Shown here: positions 38,225 through 48,362 of the stretch, piece after piece
How positions within the stretch are numbered: position 1 is the first letter of the stretch
Layout: each line of letters begins with the position of its first letter
From: Azolla caroliniana
Lineage: Eukaryota > Plantae > Polypodiophyta
Direction of reading: 5' to 3'
DNA: 64,000 bases
Assembly: GCA_043228905.1 (NCBI GenBank)
Contig: JBHGNT010000015.1
Location: 15,128,001-15,192,000 of the forward strand
Notes under the pieces: generated by a model
The model's input: only the letters and a program-made list of their open reading frames with translations
Told to the model about the DNA's origin: nothing
The model's database searches: none
Position numbers and translations under genes: made by a program

Positions 38225-41200
38225 ATGTCTCGCAAATCGGGGAGTAGCAACAGGTGTGTTTATATTACTTTTTTTGTGTTTAATCCTGTCTTTAGTGATG
38301 ATTGGGGTTTCTGATTGAAATTTCTGATTAGGGTTTTTGTTTATAAATTTCTTATTAGAATTTCTGATTAGGGTTTGTGATTGAAATTTTTGATTAGGGT
38401 TTGTGATTGAAATTTCTGATTAGGGTTTTTGATTATAAATTTCTGATTAGAATTTCTGAATAGGGTTTCTGGTTACAAATTTTGATTACAAATTAGAATT
38501 TCTGAATAGGGTTTTTGTTTATAAATTTCTGCTTAGGATTTCTGATTAGGGTTTGTGATTGAAATTTTTTATTAGGGTTTCTGATTGAAATTTCTGATTA
38601 GGGTTTTTGATTATAAATTTCTGATTAGAATTTCTGAATAAGGTTTCTGGTTACAAACTTCTGATTACAGATTTTGATTAGGGTTTCTGATTTCAAACTT
38701 CTGATTACAGATTTTGATTAGGGTTTCTGATTTCAAATTTCTGAATACAAATTATGATTAGGGTTTCTGATTTGCTAAGTTAAAGATTTTGCACCATTTT
38801 TGTTGTTGTTGATTGGGGTTTTTGATTCTCACATATTCTGATTTTGCACTATTTCTGATTTCTGAAATGATATTTCAGATGGCTCGTTCCTCCGTATACG
38901 AGAGTGCTAAACTTCGCAAAATTTTGCGAGACAAAGGAGAACTTCCACAACACCTATGGTCTGTCACTCGAGGGTGTTGACCCTGCTGTCCTAAGTGATA
39001 AATTGATCAGTGATATAGACTGGATGACAGTATATACAGTGCCTAGAGTCAAAGGCAAGGTCAAGCTGAAGCATGTACGAGCCGACTTGTACGATGACTG
39101 CATGAGACTGCACCAGAAAGTTCATCAGGAGATCCCAGTCAACAATGAGTTGTCAGTTTCATTTGCTAGAGCATTTGCATATGAGTACTGCAAAACAGCG
39201 AAGGAATCTAGAGACCCTGAAATGTATAGGGTAGCTTGGGCAGTCTATGGTGAGGCATCGGTAAAAAGATGCCGAAAGATGGGGACCTTGGCACAAAAAA
39301 TAGACAGATTTTGGAGCATGGCAGCTGTTGATGCAACTGCCGACTCCCAGCAAGACCGGGGGCATACACCACACCGACACCCAAGGAAAGCCAATGTCGA
39401 TGATACAGGTGAGACATTGGTTAGCTATATGCTAAAAAATGTCCATGAAGCCTGTGAGACATTGGCATTTTTTAAGACTGATTTAGAGAAAGCCACAATG
39501 GCTTCTGCAATGGAGAGCAAAGTTACTTCTGCTGTTACAACAATTAGAAATAAGATTCAGGTAACTATTGTTTTGGTGGTATGTGATTGTGTTATAAATA
39601 ACGGGTAAAATGTGCTAATCAAGCATTATCTGGAATAGGTTGCGCAACAGGAGCTTGAATTAGAGGGGCCACTGGATCCCCAGCGTAAAATAGAACTGCA
39701 AATAGAGATCCAGGTTCTTTCAATGAACCTGGACCTTCTAGGTGTAAATACTGTTGCAGATTACAATTTGGATAAGCTTCAAGTAAGTTAACGATTCCTG
39801 AGCAAAGTTGGTGTATCTTTCAACAACAAGAATAATTAATCGGTAAATTTCTCTGTTGCGTTGAAGGAACAATACATTCATCAAGAACAGGTAGTTAGCT
39901 GCCTTAAGAAGAAGCTACATTTTGTGGAGGGAATGGTAAGGACCAGACAGGATTTGGACCTGAACATTCTTGCTCCCTTACCAAATGAAGTAGAACCAGA
40001 AAATGATTTATTGACAGTTCAAGCACGTTGCATCGCTTGCGGGTTAGGTGTGGAGGACAAAACTGCATCTTTGTTGGTTCACCTACAACCATGCAACCAC
40101 ACATACCATCTGCTTTGTTTTCAACATGCCTGTTGAATTGCTGCATTCTGTTTGGGAGATTGCAGTACAACTCTACCAAATGAGTGGAGAAAACTAACAG
40201 GTATACCATACTGTAGCTAATAAGCTTAGTCTTTTCTAATTAGCTATCCTACTAGCTAATTAGCTACTGGCAGCTAATGAGCTACTAGCTAATTAGCTAT
40301 CCTAGTAGCTAATTAGCTATGGTACTAGCTAATTAGCTAGTACCATAGTTGTGTAAAAAAGCTAAATAGCTATCCTACTAGCTAATTAGCCACTGGCAAC
40401 TAATTAGCTATCCTAGTAACTAATTAGCTACTGCCATAGTTGTGTAAAGTAGCTAATAAGCTATCCTAGTAGCTAGTTAGCTATGGTACTAGCTAATTAG
40501 CTAGTACCATAGTTGTGTAAAAAAGCTAATTAGCTATCCTACTAGCTAATTAGCTACTGGCAACTAATTAGCTATCCTACTAGCTAATTAGCTACTGGCA
40601 ACTAATTAGCTATCCTACTAGCGAATTAGCTATCCTAGTAGCTAATTAGCTACTGGCAACTAATTAGCTATCCTACTAGCTAATTAGCTATCATAGTAGC
40701 TAATTAGCTACTGACATAGTTGTGTAAAGTAGCTAATAAGCTATCCTAGTAGCTAATTAGCTACTGGCAGCTAATTAGCTGTCCTAGTAGCTAATAAGCT
40801 ATCCTAGCTACTACATAGTTCAGAAAGTAGCGAATTAGCTTTCATTGTAGCTAATTAGCTATCCTAGCTACCACCATAGTTAGTAAAGTAGCTAATTAGC
40901 TATCCTAGCTACTACCATAGTTAGTAAAGTAGCTAATTAGCTATCCTAGCTACTACCATAGTTGAGTAAAGTAGCTAATTAGCTATCCTAACTACTACCA
41001 TAGTTGAGTAAAGTACCTAATTAGCTATCATACTAGCTAATTAGCTATCGTACTAGCTAATTAGCTATCCTAGCTTCTACCATAGTTTAGTAAAGTAGCT
41101 AATTAGCTATCCTAAATAACTGTCATGTTATTGTAGAATCTTGTGGATTAAGGACGGCACATGATGTGTCTGGTGCTGATGATGCTGCAACAGATGAAGA

Positions 41201-41672
41201 TACTACTGCCAATGTGGCTGAAAGTAAGAGTCCTGCTATCACATCTCCTTCAGATCAGCTGCACCCTATTCTTTTGGAACAGTGTACTGAATTAGGCAAC
41301 GATGTGAAATGCCATGAAATAGTGGAAACAACATGTAAAACTGAGGTTCACAACAACAGTGTTTATGAACACTTGATGCAACATTTCTTCGAGTCTCAAG
41401 ACCTTGATTCCACCCCACCGAGCCCAACTACTGAAAATGTCCAAACAGATCCCTCTGTACTTGAAAAGCTAGTTCAAGAAACGATTGATGTGCAATTAGC
41501 TGCTGAGGCGATGGGAAGGTTGTCGGAGGAGGACACACTTGCGCATTGGGTCCTAGAAGCAAGGCTAAATGGGGAACCAACCAGAAAAAGGCTGAAGAAG
41601 GGGCCACGATCGGGAACAAGACCAGTTACTCGGTCAAGGGGCCCAGACGTAGTGGAGCGAAATACTGTTTAG
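38225..41672 (+). CDS. Transposon accessory gene isoform A: unknown N-terminal domain, coiled coil, RING-H2-like finger, acidic tail; one premature TGA at 40134-40136
   Basis: Phase-consistent GT-AG exons 38225-38253, 38879-39560, 39639-39782, 39867-40200, 41137-41672 (575 codons); RING pattern CIAC...CNH..HLLC...(TGA)..CLGDC. Confidence 0.7.
38295..38870. repeat. Intronic tandem repeat (unit about 26 bp) carrying 10 perfect telo-boxes (TTAGGGTTT / AAACCCTAA)
   Basis: Unit TGATTAGGGTTT(C/G/T)TGATTGAAATTTC; lies within intron 38254-38878. Confidence 0.85.
40210..41115. repeat. Array of the palindrome TAGCTAATTAGCTA (irregular spacing) filling an intron of the accessory gene
   Basis: Directly visible within intron 40201-41136. 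Confidence 0.92.
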
Positions 41673-41921
41673 TTGGATATGATTGTTAGCTTAGGAATTT
41701 TGCTAGGGTTTTATGAAGTTTGACTATCCTGTTGGACAAGTAAAACCTCAGATTGGTTGTTGCTTGATCCACATTATGTAATGGAACTCTATGATGTTTT
41801 TCCAAGATAATTTGAAGAGTGTTGTTCTATGATTGAAACTCTTTGATGTTCAGGATATTGTTTTGTGAGACTATTAGTTACTTTGTGAGTGTGAATATGT
41901 TGGTGTTTTCTGATGTTGCAG

Positions 41922-42844
41922 AGTCTAAAGGGTTTGATTCTATTGCTCGTAAGGCCAATGGCAGTGTGGATACTGTTGATGTTGCGGCATGTTTAAAGGG
42001 CCCCATCTTGAAAGTAGATGTAGCAACTGACACAAGTGATCTGGTCACACAAGTTGATCAAGCATGTAGCACGGATGACTTGGTGTTGCAGGTAGATGCA
42101 GCATGTAGCACGGATGACTTGGTGTTGCAGGTAGATGCAGCATGTGATACCAGTGGACTGATATCGAGCAGAACAGTAGCTACATGCACTGAGGTAATCC
42201 AAGGATTGATAACTAAGTCGACAAAACAAGAGCACCAGAATGTGAAGCTAGGCCCAACACAGTCGACTAGGGGTTTAAAGAGGAAAAGGACACCAGTTGT
42301 GTCAGCCGAACCTGAGCTGATTGAGATTGATCGTATCCTACCAGAAAATGGTGTAACAGCAGCTCAGTTTCAGGAATGGAAACCTAAACCACTAGAAGTC
42401 GAAAGAAGAGCCTTGATCTTGGAGCTTGATAAAGTCTTGATGAGTGTGAGATATATGCAGCCAAGGAGGGACGCAAATCAGTTTCTAGAGTGGGCTGTGG
42501 AATACTTTGATTTGTTTATTTGGAGTGAAAAACCAAAATCAGATGTGTGGAAGTGTTTGGCAAGATTCTTCCCAAAATGGCGAAGTCGTTTTAAAGGTCA
42601 ATGGGCACGAGAAAATTGTGAGCAAATGGAAGCTGCAAGATTCAAGAGACTTTCTGATTTTTGTGCTACTTGGCCTGAATATAATGCCGACAATACATTG
42701 ATTTTGGATACAGAACATTTCCGACACTACTTCAATATTCGGAGATGCTGTCTCATTCTACCCGAGGAAATGCCTGAACAGTACCTGGTGCAAACAGTGA
42801 GCTGCCAACTAGGTGCATGGTTGTGGACTCCATACCGAGCTTAA
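41922..42844 (+). CDS. FCP1/SCP (NIF, HAD-superfamily)-like domain exon with degenerate catalytic motif; probable alternative last exon of the accessory gene
   Basis: ALILELDKVL (cf. DxDx[T/V]), R..ANQFLEWA..YFDLFIWS, YNADNTLILD; acceptor gttgcag| at 41921 in phase 1, matching the donor at 40200. Confidence 0.6.
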
Positions 42845-43284
42845 TATGCGGATAATATATGTAGACTCGTTCCACTGACTAGCAAGAGCTTAGCTGTTTA
42901 TAGGAGATTTGTAGACATTTCCAATGGTAATTTATAAATATGTAAAGAGATGACATTATTCAATGAAGAATTTAATTACTTGTTCCCACTGTACTTATCT
43001 ACTGTGTAATTTGAGGAATATGTTGCAGATTGTTGATTTCATTCTATTGATGACTATTTAGCTATTGACAGCTAATTAGCTGCATTTGTACAGCTAATTA
43101 GCTACTGATGACTATTTCGCTATAACTTATAACTTAAAACTTAACAAAAAAGACATGATTTTATTGAGAAAGAAGCACAGAAAGCAGACTGTATACAAGA
43201 AATTGATTCCAAACGAATTTATTTAACTGTTTTCGCGAAATACATGTTTGTTTTACAAGAGAACATGGTAAGTGCTACTTGTAG

Positions 43285-46200
43285 CTACAAATTCCATGGC
43301 ATACTATTGTAAATACATTCATACACATTAGCACCAACAGTGTATAAACCGGAGCAGCTATTGTATTCTGACATTGGGACGTTGATGCATCTGACCAAAT
43401 GAGAGTACATATACGCCGCTGGTTTGTCTTCTAACAGCCTGTACACATATTCGTAGTCATCTAGTTTTGCATAAAAAATGCCTTCGATGTAGAATGTCCC
43501 GGCAGATACAAAATTTCCCCATGCATCTACAATATTCTGCCTTGCACACTGTTTACTAACCGTGCACTTTAATATATAGAAATCAGCACCCTCTGAATTG
43601 CCTTCTTCAGCATTTACAGCGAAGTTATCCCCAACGTTCAGGACATCACTCAAAGTATCTCCAAGTCCCTCATATGTGAAGTCAGCATTCTGCCCTGTTT
43701 CTCCATCAACTGCTTCCTTATCATTCAGAGTGTGATACTCCCAATTTTGAATGTATGCTTTGTTTAGACAATATCTCCAATTTCCCTGCACACAATGGAA
43801 GCAAAAACAAGTCAATTCTCTAACCGCAATACAATGACCATCCAACCTGGAATAACCGCGAACAACATGCAGAGATCGCAATTCGGGAATTCCTTGGCAC
43901 TCCCAGGTCTTCTCCCTATTTACTTCATCTATCTTCACTTCCCAAAATTCACGTTTGATATCTCGAACTTGCGAGGAATAAACACCTGTGGCACTCGTTG
44001 ACATATTTGTTCTTAAAAATTCAACTACATGTGATGCACAATTCATGTGCACACCATCTGTCTTTAGTTGTTCATGGGTAAGTGCCCGCTTTATAACAGC
44101 CCCTGCACCATCATGTTCACCTTTACCATGGCCAGACCCAAAAAAATTCCATCTCATCTCCAAACCTGTTATAGCAGGATACCTCCCCACAAAATAAAAT
44201 GGACGTCGAGCCTTGAATTGTGACGCAGCTCCGTCAGACCAGACCCAATGTTGAGTAAGCTCCAAACGTTGAGCTAATAACCACTGCCAATGTAACTTAA
44301 AATAGTGTTGGACGAACAAGGTATCATGCTTCTTATCATCGGAAATAAAGAAATGAATTACTTTTTTAACATCACCTGAAACTCGAAAATATGTTATGTG
44401 CACAAAAATGGTTACCTGAACTGAACACCAATGCATAGATTGAATTTCATTCTGCTGCTTGAAAGTATAATTCTCTGCGAAATCTACTACTGAGACTACT
44501 ACATCATTTGGGAAATCAGATATGCAAGTCTTAAACTGATGGGCCTGCCATGAATAAATGAAGTTGTGTTTAATGAACTTTCCTAGAGATACTACAAACA
44601 GAGACACCAAATCCCTTGGTTTAAGCATCTTCCGAACTAGATCCTTTCTTTTACACACCTTTCCTTCGAAATTGGTGTTCACTGACTCAAATAACTTCAC
44701 AGAGATCAATATTTCACTACTCAATTCATTTGGACACCACCTAAATCTAGTAGGGCCACAATCTTGACATAAACCCATGACACATTTATGAATATGGAAG
44801 ATAGCGTCAGTTTCTCTCGGACACAATATTGAATCTAATAAATAACTCATGGAAGAGATAACGTGCTCAGATGATTTACACTCCTCTTGCGGGCTTGATC
44901 GACAGATTGGGCACCCACATGTGCAAACTGTATTAGTTAGGGATGCGCTATGGTGACGTAGTAGATTAACAGAGTCCTTTAGAAAACCCATCTGTACATG
45001 GTAAATGCAACAACATGTGTATCGATCCTTTAAGCGTCTCACAAAGTGTGGCTTAAGAGACTCGAATGTTCGTAGTTGAACTTTGATAGTTGGATGCATT
45101 CGTTTGAACCTAATAAATAAATCGACCTGCGTAATAAAGGGGAATTAGTTATTCTCGTAACTAGCTAACTATCCTAGTAGCTAATTAGTTATTCTAGTAG
45201 CTAGTTAGCTATTCTAGTAGCTAGTTAGCTATTCTAGTAGCTAGTTAGCTATTCTAGTAGCTAATTAGCTACCATGATAGCTAATTAGCTGTCCTAGTAG
45301 CTAATTAGTTGTCCTAGTAGCTAATTAGCTATCATGGTAGTTAATTAGCTGTCGTAGTAGCTAATTAGCTATCATGGTAGCTAATTAGCTATCATGGTAG
45401 CTAATTAGCTATTCTAGTAGCTAATTAGCTATTCTAGTAGCTAATTAGCTATCATGGTAGCTAATTAGCTGTCGTAGTAGCTAATTAGCTATTATAGTAG
45501 CTAATTAGCTATCATGGTAGCTAATTAGCTGTCGTAGTAGCTAATTAGCTATCATGGTAGCTAATTAGTTGTCCTAGTAGCTAATTAGCTATCATGGTAG
45601 CTAATTAGCTGCTCTAGTAGCTAATTAGCTATCATGGTAGCTAATTAGCTGCTCTAGTAGCTAATTAGCTATCATGGTGGCTAATTAGCTTTCCTAGTAA
45701 CTAATTAGCTATCATGGTAGCTAATTAGCTTGTCTAGTAGCTAATTAGCTATCATGGTGGCTAATTAGCTTTCCTAGTAACTAATTAGCTATCATGGTAG
45801 CTAATTAGCTGGTCTAGTAGCTAATTAGCTATAATGGTGGCTGATTAGCTTTCCTAGTAACTAATTAGCTATCATGGTAGCTAATTAGCTGGTCTAGTAG
45901 CTAATTAGCTATCATGGTGGCTAATTAGCTGTCCTAGTAACTAATTAGCTATCATGGTAGCTAATTAGCTGGTCTAGTAGCTAATTAGCTATAATGGTGG
46001 CTAATTAGCTATCCTAACTAATTAGCTATCATGGTAGCTAATTAGCTATCATGGTGGCTAATTAGCTGTCCTAGTAACTAATTAGCTATCATGGTAGCTA
46101 ATTAGCTGGTCTAGTAGCTAATTAGCTATAATGGTGGCTAATTAGCTATCCTAACTAATTAGCTATCATGGTAGTAGCTATTGAGAGTAGCCAGTTACCT

Positions 46201-47289
46201 ATGTAGTAGCTATCATAGTAGCTAATTAGCTATCATGGTAGCTAATTAGCTTTCCTAGTAGCTAATTAGCTGGTAATAACGAAATAGCTAACTAGCTACC
46301 ATGATAGCTAACTAGCTAGCAGTACAGCTAATTATCTGGTAGTACCTAAATTAGCTATTGAGAATAGCTAATTAGCTATCATGGTAGTAACTATTGAGAG
46401 TAGCTAGTTACCTATGTAGTAGCGATCCTAGTAGCTAACTGAGGTAAATGTAACTGATAAGCTAATTAGCTTTTCTGCTAACTGAGCTAATTAACTTTCC
46501 GAGTAGAGTCAAAACAAATGTTGAGATAAATGTAAATACCTGAGGTACATCAAGAAGATGAATGGGATGCTCCTCGTATTGATTTCTTCCAACACGTTTC
46601 CTGCATAAATCCTTTTTATTGGGTGAAACCCTACTCTCATTAGTCCAAAACATTGTGATTACATCCTTGATTTCAAATGTTATGGGTGTCATTGGCTTAC
46701 ATCTTGTAGTTAGCTTTAGTAGACTAGTTCCTTCACCCGAGGAAATTATACGGTTCATTGTATTGTACACTGTTTTTCTACTAACACCAATTACCTTAGA
46801 TAGCTCATTGATGTTTATATCGTCAACATCACTATTAAGTAACATCATTAGACTAGACCTTTTTAAGACAAGATCATCTTCTGACCTGCTCATGGATACG
46901 AAACTATTACGAAGATTATTTACTAAAATAGATGATATGTTTGCATTAAGACCATCACAATCAACTAAGTCCTTTATCGATGGATCATTACATATTCCAT
47001 AAAGTACTACCTTCTTTTCTTCATTGCTGATGTGCTTGGTTTGAACATTGAAATAGTCTACAACCTTTCTCTCTATGATGGTAGTCGCATTACTTACATT
47101 CTCAGCTAAATTATCCTTACCTTTACTGAGTGTGGCTTTCGTATCCTTCAACAATTGACGATGTTTCCTTTTTTTTTCTGCCCAATAGTTTCGTATGGCT
47201 TGTTGTGTCCTGATAACATCATCCCTATCCTTATGATCATTGAGGGGTAATTCTAAACACCCTTCTTCCCCTTCCATTTGGCTAGACAT
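43285..47289 (-). CDS. Sola2-type DDD transposase, two exons (47289-46540 and 45126-43285), about 863 aa, open reading frame
   Basis: VVDFAENY..QNEIQSMHW, FISDDKKHD, WSDGAASQFK, GHGKGEHDGAG..KR; Cys-rich CCCIYH, C..G.C..CG and CFC..C..C; the GT-AG intron joins HLLDVPQ|VDLFIRFKRMHP in frame. Confidence 0.85.
45150..46490. repeat. 20-bp-period array of the palindrome TAGCTAATTAGCT(A) plus variable spacer, filling the transposase intron
   Basis: Regular units such as tagctaattagct-atcatgg, -gtcctag, -attctag within intron 45127-46539. Confidence 0.93.
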
Positions 47290-47624
47290 GTTAAAACCCT
47301 AAATTTCCAGAAAAAAATACAAGTATTAAAGATGGCTATGGGCAACAACAATACACAAAAATATTCCACACATATACACAAGATTAGACACAACAATACA
47401 TAAGATAATCAATAGACAGAAAAGTTATTGCAATCCAAGACCGAACAGTAGAGGATTTCACTCTGTTGGATCCAACAGTTGAGGAGGCGATCCAAGACCG
47501 ACCAATGGCAACAACTGAGTGTAGAATGTTGCCGTTGGATGAGTGAACTCCGTCAAATCGAAATGTGGAAGCAATCCGGGACTGGACAGTAGTGGCAACT
47601 GAGTATAGAATGATGGCAATGGAG

Positions 47625-48362
47625 GAGAGAACCCCGTCAGATTGAACAGTTACCGATGATGCTTGAAACGCACATAGAAGGCACTTGAGAATAGAGTGGC
47701 ATAGAGAAGAGAACCCCGTCAGATTGAACAATTACCAATGATGCTTGAAACGCACAGTAGCGGCCCCTGAGTGAGAGTGGAAAAGAGAAGAGAACCCCGT
47801 CAGATTGAATAGCTCTTTGATTATGCTTGGAACGCACAGTAGCAACCCCTGAGTGTAGAGTGGCAAAGAGAAGAGAACCCCGTCAGATTGAACAGCTCTT
47901 TGATGATGCTTGGAACGCACAGCAGCGGCCCCTGAGTGTAGAGTGGCACAGAGAAGAGAACCCCCTCAGATTGAACAGCTCTTTGATGATGCTTGGAACG
48001 CACAGCAGCGGCCCCTGAGTGTAGAGTGGCACAGAGAAGAGAACCCCCTCAGATTGAACAGCTCTTTGATGATGCTTGGAACGCACAGTAATGGCCCCTG
48101 AGTGTAGAGTGGCACAGAGAAGAGAACCCCCTCAGATTGAACAGCTCTTTGATGATGCTTGGAACGCACAGTAATGGCCCCTGAGTGTAGAGTGGCACAG
48201 AGAAGAGAACCCCGTCAGATTGAACAGCTCTTTGATGATGCTTGGAATGCACAGTAGTGGCCCCTGAGTGTAGAGTGTCACAGAGAAGAGAACCCCGTCA
48301 GATTGAGCAGCTCTTTGATGATGCTTGGAACGCATAGTAGCGGCCCCTCAGTGTAGAGTGGC
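47625..48362. repeat. 83-bp tandem repeat (about 9 copies) upstream of the transposase
   Basis: Unit GAGAACCCCGTCAGATTGAACAGCTCTTTGATGATGCTTGGAACGCACAG...; the ORF track repeats every 83 nt (47883, 47966, 48049, 48132). Confidence 0.92.

Noticed and set aside
38295-38870. Interstitial telomere or chromosome-fusion scar
   Set aside because: TTAGGG occurs once per unit of about 26 bp, not as contiguous (TTTAGGG)n, and lies inside a transposon intron.
45150-46490. Palindromic repeat plus variable spacer, superficially CRISPR-like
   Set aside because: Spacers are only 6-7 nt and recur, the array sits in a spliceosomal intron of a eukaryotic transposase, and there are no cas genes.
47625-48362. 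83-bp array as a CRISPR array or as repeated small ORFs
   Set aside because: Head-to-tail units have no unique spacers; 83 is not a multiple of 3, so the repeated ORFs are artefacts.
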